Assembly: GCA_031400855.1 (NCBI GenBank)
Contig: JANNQR010000045.1
Coordinates: 690 to 64,689 of the forward strand
Length of the DNA: 64,000 nt
From: Chitinophagaceae bacterium
Lineage (GTDB): Bacteria > Bacteroidota > Bacteroidia > Chitinophagales > Chitinophagaceae
Reading direction: 5' to 3'
Of this stretch, positions 1-9,861 are shown in pieces; position 1 is the stretch's first letter, and each line of letters starts with the position of its first letter. The notes beneath the pieces were generated by a model. It saw nothing but the letters and a program-made list of their open reading frames with translations. It was not told the origin of the DNA and did not search any database. Made by a program: the position numbers and the translations under genes.

Positions 1-763
1 TATCTCCATTGGCAGTATTGTAACTGCCTGTGGTATTAAAATGAAGTGCAGAAACTCCATTGGCAGTATTATTATTTCCAGTTGTGTTAGATAAAAGTGA
101 CCGGTAACCAGTGGCTGTATTTTGTATTCCCGAAATATTTTGAGAAAGCGCATTATTTCCGGTAGCGGTATTTCTATTTCCGAGAGTGTTTGAGTAAAGT
201 GTACCTACTCCATTGGCGGTATTTTGATATCCGGATGTATTAGAGAAAAGTGCCACTATGCCAATTGCCGTATTTTCAACTCCAGTACTTAAAGGGTTTA
301 GCGCATCCGTACCAAAAGAAGTATTAGAGGATCCTATTCTACCCGCCCTTACATTATTTCTTTTAAAAATAACATCATTATTGTCCGTCGTTCCTATAAA
401 ATTTGTAGCTGCATTTGTACCTGCATTTCCGGTTAATCCCCAGCCGGTATTGGCACTCACGCCTTTCCAGCTTAGTGCAGCATTATCCCAATAATAAAAT
501 CCGGGTAAATTGGTTCCTGCTGTAGTGGTTAAAAAAACCATCATTCCGTTTTGGTTAACAGTGGGGGCTGTTACCGGAAAAACATTTATCCTTGGTATCA
601 AAATCCCATCTTGGTTGGTAGGTGCGGCGGGGTTGGCTGCTGCAATTTGTAATTTTGCAGTTGGGGTTGTTGTGCCTATACCGGTGTTTTGTGCATAGCC
701 TTTATTGGTTAGCATCAGTACAATTAACAAACTGCTAAAAAGGTAAAGTATTAATGATTTCAT
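1..763 (-). CDS. Secreted repeat protein, adhesin/tail-fibre-like (YadA-head-like NTAxG repeats); 3' end runs off the window
   Basis: Missing from the ORF track because there is no stop in the window. Manual translation from ATG 763: MKSLILYLFSSLLIVLMLTNKGYAQNTGIGTTTPTAKLQI...DGILIPRI...GFYYWD...WGLTGNAGT...NTAIG...NTANG...NTATG repeats; signal peptide ends in AQ; open to position 1. Confidence 0.75.
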   Translation of the reverse strand, partial: MKSLILYLFSSLLIVLMLTNKGYAQNTGIGTTTPTAKLQIAAANPAAPTNQDGILIPRINVFPVTAPTVNQNGMMVFLTTTAGTNLPGFYYWDNAALSWKGVSANTGWGLTGNAGTNAATNFIGTTDNNDVIFKRNNVRAGRIGSSNTSFGTDALNPLSTGVENTAIGIVALFSNTSGYQNTANGVGTLYSNTLGNRNTATGNNALSQNISGIQNTATGYRSLLSNTTGNNNTANGVSALHFNTTGSYNTANGD

Positions 764-810
764 ATTGATAATTTTTACTTACCAAAACTATTCAATACAT
801 AAACCTTAAA

Positions 811-826
811 AATCCCCCGTTTATGG
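811..826. promoter_or_regulatory. Putative NarL-family operator upstream of the secreted repeat gene
   Basis: AATCCCCCGTTT at 811-822 is identical to 1522-1533; lies 48 bp upstream of ATG 763; could alternatively be a weak terminator of the regulator gene. Confidence 0.35.
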
Positions 827-856
827 GGTTTTTGTAAAAAGTGAGAAAGGAGAAGG

Positions 857-1489
857 TCAGACTAATTTTTCCCTAAAAGCTTTAGCCACGGCTTCGGCTT
901 TGGAGTGTACATGGAGTTTTTCGTAAATATTCTTTACATGGCTTCTTACGGTTTCGGTAGATAGAAATCGTTCGGCTGCAATGGCCTTGTAGCTTTTGCC
1001 ATCAGTAAGTCCAATTAATACATCCTGTTCCCTTGGAGAAAGGTTAAATGATTCCGCTGTTTGGTTAGTTTGTTTGCGAAACATTTGTAATACCCGGGTT
1101 GCAATGCTGCCTGTCATAGGTGCGCCACCCTGTACAAAATCATCCAGGGCTTCCATTAATTTGTCAGGCGGTGTTTTTTTTAACAGGTAGCCACTTGCAC
1201 CGGCCATTACGCTGCGAAATATTTTTTCATCGTCTTCAAAAACGGTAAACATCACCACATCCACCGAAGGATAATCTTTCTTTACCAGCTTCACGGCTTC
1301 TATACCATTAATGCCGGGCATATCAATATCCATCAGCAGCAGGCGGGGCATAAAGGTTTCTGTTTGCTCCAGTAATGTACGAACATCATGCAGGGAAAAA
1401 ACTACCCGGAAGCGGCCACTGTTTTCTAACAACAATTGCATGCTGTTACGTAATACATCGTTGTCGTCAACAATTCCAATTGTTGTCAT
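857..1489 (-). CDS. NarL/FixJ-family response regulator (REC + LuxR HTH)
   Basis: IVDDN, LLLMDIDMPG phospho-acceptor, GASGYLLK, C-terminal LSPREQDVL...GKSYKAIA...TVRSHVKNIYEKLHV. Confidence 0.93.
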   Translation of the reverse strand: MTTIGIVDDNDVLRNSMQLLLENSGRFRVVFSLHDVRTLLEQTETFMPRLLLMDIDMPGINGIEAVKLVKKDYPSVDVVMFTVFEDDEKIFRSVMAGASGYLLKKTPPDKLMEALDDFVQGGAPMTGSIATRVLQMFRKQTNQTAESFNLSPREQDVLIGLTDGKSYKAIAAERFLSTETVRSHVKNIYEKLHVHSKAEAVAKAFREKLV

Positions 1490-1521
1490 GACATAAAGGT
1501 GGGTTTATATTTCTTCATTAC

Positions 1522-1540
1522 AATCCCCCGTTTGGGTGAA
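1522..1540. promoter_or_regulatory. Putative autoregulatory operator (imperfect dyad TCCCCC-GTTT-GGGTGA)
   Basis: Dyad in the kinase-regulator intergenic gap, 33 bp upstream of the regulator ATG; shares a 12-mer with 811-822. Confidence 0.35.
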
Positions 1541-1542
1541 AA

Positions 1543-4500
1543 TTATTTTAATGGATAACGCAATTCTATGCTGCATCCTTTACCGGGTGAAGTAGTTATT
1601 ACCAATTCAGCTTTCATTTCATCGGCCCGCTGCTGCATGTTTATTAAACCATTGCCAGTTTTATGATTGGCAATATCAAAACCAATACCATCATCTTCTA
1701 TTTTCAGCACTAAATTTTTATCAATAACCTGCATGCATAGGAAGGCATTTTTACAACCCGCATATTTTATCAGGTTGTTCAATGCTTCTTTATACAGCAT
1801 AAATAAATGCCGCCTGTCCTGCATGGGGATATCAAGCCGGGTGAGCTGGTTATCAAAATCAAGCTGATAGGCTATATCATTTGGTTCCAGCATTTCGGCC
1901 GCCAGTTCTTTCATACGGAGTATAATTCTTTCGATGGAATCATTTTGCGGATGAATGCTCCAGATGATATCATTAATACTGTCTCCGGCATTTTGTGCCG
2001 ACAGGCCAATTTGTGTAAGCAGCGGTGTAACCGGATGCTCATCGCCCAATTGTTTTTTTGCTACCATCGATAGCATATTTACACTGCTCACGGAAGATCC
2101 GATTTCATCATGCAGGTCACGGGAAATACTATTTCGCATCTGTTGCATCTTTAACAGTTGATTTATCCGGTAGTGATATAACAAATACAGAATGGCTGCG
2201 ATTGTGAGTACACTTAATACAATAAACCACCAGGTTTTCCAGAAAGGATAGGCTACAATAATCCTAAATTCTTTTACCTCACTTTCCACTCCATCGGAGT
2301 TTACTGCTTTAATGGCCAGTGTATATTTACCGGATGTAAAGCCTGCAAGGGATAAACTGCGTTGTGCAATAGCTGTCCATTCTTTTTGCAATGGCAGGAT
2401 TTTATAATAAAATTTTGTGCGGTTACCCATTACCATTGAAATGGCGCTGAAATCAATACTTAATTCATTGGCAGAAGAAGGTAACAGGATCCGGTCGTCG
2501 TCAACCACCAGTTCTTTACCGCCGGAAATAAAACGGTTAAAATAAACGATGGGCTTTTGATTGTTTAAAGGTAAGGAATGGATGTTCCAGTGAATGAAGC
2601 CCTCCGGAGTTGCTAATATCATCGTTCCTTTACCCGTAGTAAAAAGGGATTCATAAAAAATATCTGTATGCAAGCCATCTTCTTTATTAAACACATTCCA
2701 CTGTTTCGTCTTCATATCATACCGGCACAACCCACTTACAGTTACCACCCAAATATCATCTTTGTTGTCTCTCACTACATCAAAGGCACGTTGTGCAAGA
2801 AATCCTTCTGATTGAGTATAATGGCGGATAAATTTTTTGGTGCCGGGATTATACACCTGCAACCCCTCATCACTAGGAGTAATCCAGCAATTGCCGGCAG
2901 CATCCAATGCGATATCCACCACTGCTGTATTTGCCAATGACTGGATATTGTTTTCTTGCGGATAAAGATGTTGCCATTCTTCCGTTTGCTGATTATAATA
3001 ATGCAGGCCATTGGAGGTTGCCAGCCAGGGGTTGCCGCTGGCATCAAAAACTAACCTAACCGTTTTCCAATTGTCAATAATTTTATTGCTGCCGTAATAT
3101 TTTGTACGAATAACGCTAAACTTATTTTTTACAGGTTCCCATTTCATCAATTGCTGGTTATTGGCGAACCATACATTTCCTTTACTGTCAGTTGCTATTT
3201 TAAGTAAACCGGAATTTATAAAAGCAGTATCCTTAAATTTTGGAGCTGCATTTAAGAACCGGTCTTTTATTTTATCATAATAATACAGGAAAGGGGCATC
3301 CAGGGAACGAAGCCAGAAATTGCCCACTGCATCTTCAACAATATCTCTTAATCGCCGGTCCACCGCATTACCTTCTATAGCAACAGACCGGATGAACCGA
3401 AAACTGCTATCGTAAATATATATACCATAACCTGAATTGCAACTCATCCAGAATTGCTTAGTATCGTTACGGTATAGTACCGAACTTAAGTACGGCTTGT
3501 AAATATTTTTCCCTTTGGGTTGGTAAAAGGATTGGAACTGCCCCATCCGTTTATAAACCGGGTTCTTTTGAAAAATATTTCCTGGCGAACAAATCCAGGT
3601 ACTGCCATCAGAAGTATGCGTAATACCAGTAAACGCATTTGCATTGTATTTTTCATTTTGTGGTTGCGTACCGCTGAGCAGTAAATATTTTTTTTGATGC
3701 AGGTTGAATTCAAACAACCCTTCATATGTACTTACATACAAAGAAGTATCGCTGCAATAAGCAATATTGGTAATAATATTTCTGGCAAAATTTTGCTTTG
3801 CATATTCCTGTGGGCTTGGAGGGTAGTTTGTAAATTGTTTAGTCAGTATATTAAAATGAATTAATCCACCAGCCCAGGTGCCCAGCCAAATATTAACAGC
3901 ATCTTGTACATGGATAGTATGAAAACTATTATTGATCCATTCTGCTTTACTATTCTTTATATTCTTATAGCCAACAAATATTTTGCTTTTAGTATCAAAA
4001 CGATAAAAACTATTTATACCTGCTAGCCATAAAACATCCGGATTGGCGGCATCGGCTGCAATACTTCTTAGTTGATTATCATCAAGGAAGCCTGCTTTTA
4101 TATTTTTAGGGTTATCTGGAATATACTGGCGAAAGTTATCTGTTTTTTCATCATACAGCAGCAAACCCCGTCCATTGGTACCGAGCCATAAACGTCCCTG
4201 GCTATCTTTAAAAAAATCAAAAACCCAGTAGTGCCAATGTTCATCAGGAGTTGGGTGCAGGTATTGTTTCCATTTACCCGTCTTTCTATCAAGCTTGTTT
4301 ACGCCCCTGCCAAAAGTACTCACCCATAAATTACCAAAACGGTCTTCTTCTATATCCCCAATTACATTGGATGAAATAGTTGTGCTGTCATTCCTTATTG
4401 AAAAAAAAGGAGTGAACTGGTGTCCGTCAAACCGGTACAAACCTGATTCGGTAGAGAGCCACAAAAAATGATCAGAAGATTCAAAAATTTTATTGTTCGT

Positions 4501-4617
4501 GGAATTAGGAACACCTTCGGCGCTTCCAAACCGTTTAAATCCTTTTATAAATTGCTGGGCAAATACGGGTTTCAACAAGATAAATGAAAGGGAAAATATG
4601 AATAATCTTTGCAACAT
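1543..4617 (-). CDS. Sensor histidine kinase: periplasmic beta-propeller (Reg_prop) + Y_Y_Y + TM + HisKA_3/HATPase
   Basis: Signal peptide, repeated D..G.LW.GT propeller blades, G.YTL.IKAVNSDG, PFWKTWWF TM, ISRDLHDEIGS H-box, KEALNNLIKYA, DDGIGF, GNGLINMQQRA, GKG. Confidence 0.92.
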   Translation of the reverse strand: MLQRLFIFSLSFILLKPVFAQQFIKGFKRFGSAEGVPNSTNNKIFESSDHFLWLSTESGLYRFDGHQFTPFFSIRNDSTTISSNVIGDIEEDRFGNLWVSTFGRGVNKLDRKTGKWKQYLHPTPDEHWHYWVFDFFKDSQGRLWLGTNGRGLLLYDEKTDNFRQYIPDNPKNIKAGFLDDNQLRSIAADAANPDVLWLAGINSFYRFDTKSKIFVGYKNIKNSKAEWINNSFHTIHVQDAVNIWLGTWAGGLIHFNILTKQFTNYPPSPQEYAKQNFARNIITNIAYCSDTSLYVSTYEGLFEFNLHQKKYLLLSGTQPQNEKYNANAFTGITHTSDGSTWICSPGNIFQKNPVYKRMGQFQSFYQPKGKNIYKPYLSSVLYRNDTKQFWMSCNSGYGIYIYDSSFRFIRSVAIEGNAVDRRLRDIVEDAVGNFWLRSLDAPFLYYYDKIKDRFLNAAPKFKDTAFINSGLLKIATDSKGNVWFANNQQLMKWEPVKNKFSVIRTKYYGSNKIIDNWKTVRLVFDASGNPWLATSNGLHYYNQQTEEWQHLYPQENNIQSLANTAVVDIALDAAGNCWITPSDEGLQVYNPGTKKFIRHYTQSEGFLAQRAFDVVRDNKDDIWVVTVSGLCRYDMKTKQWNVFNKEDGLHTDIFYESLFTTGKGTMILATPEGFIHWNIHSLPLNNQKPIVYFNRFISGGKELVVDDDRILLPSSANELSIDFSAISMVMGNRTKFYYKILPLQKEWTAIAQRSLSLAGFTSGKYTLAIKAVNSDGVESEVKEFRIIVAYPFWKTWWFIVLSVLTIAAILYLLYHYRINQLLKMQQMRNSISRDLHDEIGSSVSSVNMLSMVAKKQLGDEHPVTPLLTQIGLSAQNAGDSINDIIWSIHPQNDSIERIILRMKELAAEMLEPNDIAYQLDFDNQLTRLDIPMQDRRHLFMLYKEALNNLIKYAGCKNAFLCMQVIDKNLVLKIEDDGIGFDIANHKTGNGLINMQQRADEMKAELVITTSPGKGCSIELRYPLK

Positions 4618-4708
4618 GGCTATCGATAAAGTTACTGAAATTAAAAAACCGCTTCGAAAATCGAAACGGTTTTTAGTAATTTAATTTCACATTCAACTAT
4701 CCAATACT

Positions 4709-5026
4709 TTAAATATGAGCTTCAATTTTCTTTACAAAGTTTCCTTTGGGTTGTGCACCTACTAATTTGTCAACCACCTGTCCGTTTTTAATGAACAAGA
4801 TAGCAGGGATAGAAGTGATGCCATAGTTCATAGATACCTGCGGGTTTACATCCACATTCACTTTACCTATGTTTACTTTACCATCATACTCTTTACTTAG
4901 TTCTTCAATAACCGGCCCGATAGCACGGCAAGGGCCGCACCATTCTGCCCAAAAATCAACTACGGTCAGTTTATCAGAAGCCAGAACATCAGTCTGGAAA
5001 TTTGAATCGGTATACTCTTTAGCCAT
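4709..5026 (-). CDS. trxA: Thioredoxin
   Basis: WCGPC active site, 105 aa, GITSIP. Confidence 0.96.
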   Translation of the reverse strand: MAKEYTDSNFQTDVLASDKLTVVDFWAEWCGPCRAIGPVIEELSKEYDGKVNIGKVNVDVNPQVSMNYGITSIPAILFIKNGQVVDKLVGAQPKGNFVKKIEAHI

Positions 5027-5317
5027 TTTAATAATTTTTGTTTTAATTAGATATAGGGGGGCAAATTTAAGTCCGTTTATGTTAATATGCAGTAGTGACG
5101 TGAATTTGTGTAAAACTTGTCAGCATGGTTTGTCAGATAGCTTGCAATACTGCTAAAACGTCGGATATTTGAGTTGAAGAGAGTATAGTAAGAACATAGC
5201 CCAGAAAAAGGAGGGAAAGAGAAATACAAAAGGATAAGTATAATGATAGATTCAATCCTATTTCTCTCTACAGAGCTTGCCGAAGTATCCCTCTTTTCGA
5301 CTTGTATTCAACTCCTT

Positions 5318-8300
5318 TTACACTGTTTGCACCTGCACTTCCAACTCAGGGCTTTTCTCCAGGAACTGTATCATTTCTTCATTCATTTCAAAGCCGTTGC
5401 CGGTAGTTACGAGGCTGATTCTCATCTTGTTCTTTGGTTCTGTTAAAATGAACTTTAAAGTTGAATTTCCCCGGTGAGAACTCACATTTTTTTCTACAAA
5501 TGCTACCATTGCGGCACTGATATCCTGCGGATGGGCTTCAATCGTTATTGTTTTTGTCATGTTCCGTTTCATGGTTTCGGCGAGTGAAACAGACATTACC
5601 TTAAATTCAAATTCGTCTTTATTGTATCTTGGTTTGAAATATCCGTTGATAAGTACCGTACTTCCTTGTTGTAAAATGGGAAAAAGACGCAGATAATCTT
5701 CACTAAACAAAGGGAACTCTGTTTTTCCGGAGTAATCTTCGATAATGAAATTGCCATATTTGTTTCCGCTTTTTTGTGCTATCCTGTGTTGGGCATCAAC
5801 TACCATTGCCACCAAACGGAATGGTCTGCCGGGATTGGGCTGCATTTTTATTTCATCCTTAAACTCATTGAAATCTGCAATGGTGGTAACGCCATAATGC
5901 CGCATTTCAAACTTGTAATTATCCAACGGGTGGCCGCTTAAAAATATGCCCGTTACTTCTTTTTCATTATCTAATTGTTTGATCAATGGCCATGGTTCAC
6001 AATCAGGAATTCTTGGTGGCGGTATTTCCATACTGATGGGTAAATCGCCAAACAAGGTATTGGTAGCTGTTGCATTTTGTGTGGCATATATCTGCCCATA
6101 CTTAATAATTTTTTCAATACCGTTCATCATTTCGCCTTCGGGTACATTAAAATATTGTGCCCGGTGGTGTTCTGGAAAACAATCGAATCCACCTGAATGA
6201 GCAAGGCTTTCTAATGTTTTTTTATTAACAGTGCGTTGATTGATGCGTTTGATGAAATCAAAAATGTTGACAAAGGAGCCGCCTTTTTTTCTTTCATCAA
6301 TAATACTTTCTATGGCGGCTTCACCCACACCTTTTAATCCGCCAAGACCAAAACGAATTTCACCTTTATCATTTACGGCAAAACCTTTTAATGATTCATT
6401 GATGTCCGGCCCCAGTACTTTTAATCCCATTCGTTTACATTCTTCCATAAAGAAAGTGATCTTGTCAATACTGCCGGCGTTGTTCAACACCGCTGACATA
6501 TATTCAGCAGGGTAGTGGGCTTTTAAGTAAGCTGTCTGATACGCTACATACGCATAACAGGTGGAGTGAGATTTGTTGAATGCATATTGTGCAAATGCTT
6601 CCCAGTCAGTCCAGATTTTTTCTAATCGTTCAACAGGCAATAATTTTTGTGTAGCTCCTTCAATAAACTGTGCTTTCATTTTGTCCAGCACCGACTTTTG
6701 TTTTTTACCCATTGCCTTCCGAAGAACATCCGCATCACCTTTGCTGAAACCGGCTAATTTTTGCGCCAGCAACATTACTTGCTCCTGGTATACGGTAATA
6801 CCATAAGTTTCCTGCAGGTATTCTTCCATCTCAGGCAAGTCGTACTGAATAGATTCACGGCCATGCTTACGGTCAATATAGTTAGGGATATAAGCAATAG
6901 GGCCGGGGCGGTACAAGGCATTCATGGCAATCAGGTCGCCGAATTTATCGGGCTTTAATTCCCGTAAATATTTCTGCATGCCGGCACTTTCAAACTGGAA
7001 TGTACCGATAGTAGCGCCGTGTTGATAGAGTTCAAATGTTTTTTTATCATCCAATGGAATTTCATCTAAATCAATTTCTACTCCGTGAATTAATTTGATA
7101 AGAGCCAACGCATTTTTTAAAACGGTCAGGGTCTTCAATCCCAAAAAGTCCATTTTCAGGATACCTGCATTTTCAATATCATTTCCTTCAATCTGTGTCA
7201 GCCATAGCGTAGATTCTTTGGAAACAGCAATCGGAATCATCTCCATCAAATCTTTTGGTGCGATGATGATACCTGCCGCATGAATGCCGGTACTGCGGAC
7301 AGAACCTTCCAGTCGTTCTGCTTCATGTAATACTTTACTCAAAACAGATTTGGTGTCTTTATAGATTTCCCGGAGCTTTTTTACATTCTCCATGTCATCA
7401 TTGCCCATGCCTTCTTTTTCTTCGAGAGATGTTTCACTCCGTCCGCCTTGGGCATCAGGACGGACATCTTTTATTTTCATTGGCGCATGTAACACTCTCC
7501 GCAGTTCTGTACCCGGGCGGTCCGGAACTAATTTAGTTAAGGCACGACTTTCGGGCAATGGCAAATCCATTACTCTGGCCACATCGGCAATGCTTGATTT
7601 GGCAGCCATCGTACCATAGGTAATGATTTGTGCTACCTGGTTCTTGCCATACTTTTCTACTACGTAGTCAATTACTTTTTGCCTGCCTTCATCATCAAAG
7701 TCGGTATCTATATCCGGCATTGATTTACGGTCGGGATTTAAAAACCTTTCGAATAGTAAATTATATTTTATCGGGTCAATGTTTGTGATGCCGATACAAT
7801 ATGCCACCACCGAACCTGCAGCTGAACCACGTCCCGGACCGATGAATACACCTTTATCTCTTCCGGCCTGTATAAAATCGCCAACAATTAAGAAGTAACC
7901 GGCAAAGCCCATCATGCGGATGGTGAACAATTCAAACTCTAACCGTTCTCTTATTTCGTCCGTTATTTCTTTATATCGTTTGTCAGCACCCTGATACGTT
8001 AGTTCTTTTAAATATTCCCACTGGTTTTGCGACTCCGCAGATACTTTGTATTTACCAATCGTTTCTTCTTTGGTATGAATCTGGAACCGTTTTTCAATCG
8101 GGAAGTTGGGCAGCAAAATATCCCTTGTTAAATTCAACAACTCAACTTTATCTATTACTTCATTGGTATTATCTATGGCTTCGGGCAGGTCGTGAAAAAC
8201 CTTGCTCATTTCTTCCGTTGTTTTAAAATAAAACTGGTCATTAGGAAAAGCAAAGCGTTGTTTTGTTTTTACCTGAACATCGTCATCATTAAATTCCCGC

Positions 8301-9025
8301 AGCGCATCATCTTGTATTTTTGCACCAGTATTAATGCATAATAAAATATCGTGGGCATTAAAATCATCCTGCTCCACATAATGTGAATCGTTGCTTGCAA
8401 TGATTTTTACTTTATACTTTTTGGCAAATTTTATTAATACTTCATTTACTTTATCCTGATCGGCCATGCCATGGCGTTGCAGTTCTACATAAAAATCTTC
8501 CTGGAAAATATTCAACCACCATTTGAATTCGTTCTCTCCTTCCTCTACTCCCTTTTTCAAAATGGCTTGTGGTACCGATGCGCCGAGGCAGCAGGTGGTA
8601 GCAATTAGTCCCTCATGGTATTTTTGAATGAGTTCTTTGTCTATACGTGGATATTTACCATACATGCCTTCTACAAATCCAAGCGAAGTAAGTTTGATCA
8701 GATTTTTATAACCAACTTCATTCTTTGCCAGCAATATCTGGTGATGGCGTTTATCCTTTATTTCTTTGGTAAATGTTTTTATGTGGCGGTTTTCTGTAAT
8801 GTAAAATTCACAGCCTACTATGGGTTTTACTTTTACAGTGCCATCATCATTCTTATGTTTATAGGCTTCGGCTACAAATTCAAAAGCACCGAACATATTG
8901 CCATGGTCGCTGATGGCCAATGCGGGCATGCCATCTTTAATGGCTTTCTTATAAAGATTTTGAATGGATGCTGCTCCGTCTAACAGAGAAAATTGTGTAT
9001 GTACATGGAGATGAGAAAATTTCAT
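5318..9025 (-). CDS. dnaE: DNA polymerase III alpha subunit
   Basis: HLHVHTQFSLLDG PHP start, GPGRGSAAGS, MPDIDTDFD catalytic motif, KMDFLGL, YAFNKSHS, GIFLSGHPLD; no intein. Confidence 0.98.
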   Translation of the reverse strand: MKFSHLHVHTQFSLLDGAASIQNLYKKAIKDGMPALAISDHGNMFGAFEFVAEAYKHKNDDGTVKVKPIVGCEFYITENRHIKTFTKEIKDKRHHQILLAKNEVGYKNLIKLTSLGFVEGMYGKYPRIDKELIQKYHEGLIATTCCLGASVPQAILKKGVEEGENEFKWWLNIFQEDFYVELQRHGMADQDKVNEVLIKFAKKYKVKIIASNDSHYVEQDDFNAHDILLCINTGAKIQDDALREFNDDDVQVKTKQRFAFPNDQFYFKTTEEMSKVFHDLPEAIDNTNEVIDKVELLNLTRDILLPNFPIEKRFQIHTKEETIGKYKVSAESQNQWEYLKELTYQGADKRYKEITDEIRERLEFELFTIRMMGFAGYFLIVGDFIQAGRDKGVFIGPGRGSAAGSVVAYCIGITNIDPIKYNLLFERFLNPDRKSMPDIDTDFDDEGRQKVIDYVVEKYGKNQVAQIITYGTMAAKSSIADVARVMDLPLPESRALTKLVPDRPGTELRRVLHAPMKIKDVRPDAQGGRSETSLEEKEGMGNDDMENVKKLREIYKDTKSVLSKVLHEAERLEGSVRSTGIHAAGIIIAPKDLMEMIPIAVSKESTLWLTQIEGNDIENAGILKMDFLGLKTLTVLKNALALIKLIHGVEIDLDEIPLDDKKTFELYQHGATIGTFQFESAGMQKYLRELKPDKFGDLIAMNALYRPGPIAYIPNYIDRKHGRESIQYDLPEMEEYLQETYGITVYQEQVMLLAQKLAGFSKGDADVLRKAMGKKQKSVLDKMKAQFIEGATQKLLPVERLEKIWTDWEAFAQYAFNKSHSTCYAYVAYQTAYLKAHYPAEYMSAVLNNAGSIDKITFFMEECKRMGLKVLGPDINESLKGFAVNDKGEIRFGLGGLKGVGEAAIESIIDERKKGGSFVNIFDFIKRINQRTVNKKTLESLAHSGGFDCFPEHHRAQYFNVPEGEMMNGIEKIIKYGQIYATQNATATNTLFGDLPISMEIPPPRIPDCEPWPLIKQLDNEKEVTGIFLSGHPLDNYKFEMRHYGVTTIADFNEFKDEIKMQPNPGRPFRLVAMVVDAQHRIAQKSGNKYGNFIIEDYSGKTEFPLFSEDYLRLFPILQQGSTVLINGYFKPRYNKDEFEFKVMSVSLAETMKRNMTKTITIEAHPQDISAAMVAFVEKNVSSHRGNSTLKFILTEPKNKMRISLVTTGNGFEMNEEMIQFLEKSPELEVQVQTV
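7441..7465. repeat. Short palindrome inserted in frame in dnaE (VRPDAQGGR)
   Basis: Coding strand GTCCGTCCTGATGCCCAAGGCGGAC: GTCCG/CGGAC plus CCT/AGG stem; GC-rich island in an AT-rich gene; GGCGGAC end shared with the polX insert. Confidence 0.55.
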
Positions 9026-9037
9026 AGTAAAAAAAAA

Positions 9038-9457
9038 TTAATGTTTCAATTTAAGAAACCCTGATATAGTTATTATGGAAGTGTTGCCAATTTTTTTCAT
9101 ATCTAATAAATCATTGTCCCCGGTAAGTAGAAAATCGGCCTGTCCATCTATTGATAAGGATAAAAGAAAATTATCTTTTGGGTCACGGCAGATAGTAACG
9201 TTGCTTTTTGTTTCAACAAAATCGATATAGGGGTCAAATACAGAAAGCATTTCATTTAAAGCATCTTTTGTAAAAAATTTTTTTAGCTTTGGTTTTGTAA
9301 TTGTTACTTCAATCTCGTTGATAAGTTCTGCACTAAAAAGTAACCTTACTTTTCCTGCAAACAAAAGGTGATCCAACAAATTTATTTTTTTTGAAATAAT
9401 AAAACTTACCCAAAGGTTTGTATCGATAATGAGCCTGAGTGTTTTATTTTTTGGCAT
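9038..9457 (-). CDS. PIN-domain toxin (putative toxin-antitoxin toxin, PIN_3-like)
   Basis: LRLIIDTNLWVS, AELINEI, CRDPKDNFLL, ADFLLTGDNDLL: acidic PIN motifs; start overlaps the upstream small gene. Confidence 0.88.
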   Translation of the reverse strand: MPKNKTLRLIIDTNLWVSFIISKKINLLDHLLFAGKVRLLFSAELINEIEVTITKPKLKKFFTKDALNEMLSVFDPYIDFVETKSNVTICRDPKDNFLLSLSIDGQADFLLTGDNDLLDMKKIGNTSIITISGFLKLKH

Positions 9458-9659
9458 AACGTTTGGCCCTTACATCTTCAACGATTTTGGTAATTTCTTC
9501 GAGGCTTGGGGAATTAGCTGTTTTGCGCCTCATCTTTTTCAGATAGGTTTTTAATTTTGATGCTGGCTCATCACTTACTTTGATAAGTTTAAGGTCTTGC
9601 ATGCCCTTAATAAGTGTTAAAGCTTTTGGGTTTAATATATCAACTGTAATTGTACTCAT
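9444..9659 (-). CDS. Putative antitoxin (71 aa)
   Basis: Small gene overlapping the PIN toxin by 14 nt; N-terminal beta/helix pattern MSTITVDILNPKALTLIKGMQDLKLIKV; role inferred from position. Confidence 0.65.
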   Translation of the reverse strand: MSTITVDILNPKALTLIKGMQDLKLIKVSDEPASKLKTYLKKMRRKTANSPSLEEITKIVEDVRAKRYAKK

Positions 9660-9762
9660 AGGTCAAATTTAAAAAAATAAATGGACTTACTTCAAATTGT
9701 TTTAAAGCTCTGTCAGCCAGCAAGGAGAACTGGGTGTGGACATGGAGATGGGAAAATTTCAT
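9640..9762 (-). pseudogene. Duplicated 5' stub of dnaE (40-aa ORF starting MKFSHLHVHTQFSLL)
   Basis: First 15 codons encode exactly the DnaE N-terminus with 9 synonymous codon differences, followed by ADRA (DnaE has DGA), then unrelated sequence; TGA stop at 9642-9640 overlaps the antitoxin gene. Confidence 0.85.
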
Positions 9763-9861
9763 AGGACAATATTCCTCTTTATATATTTTTTATCTATCAG
9801 GAAAATTTTAAATCACAGTTCACTGGCTCGTGACTCGTAGCTAACAACTCGCAGCCATCTC

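Noticed and set aside
5267-5287. CTCTACAGAGCTTGCCGAAGT downstream of dnaE as a further REP-type element
   Set aside because: Resembles CTGAGC..GTCGAAG-type repeats, but it is a single degenerate copy with no partner arm in the window, so support is too weak.
5318-9025. Intein in DnaE
   Set aside because: Length is ordinary, catalytic motifs are contiguous, and there is no C...HN block or LAGLIDADG motif.
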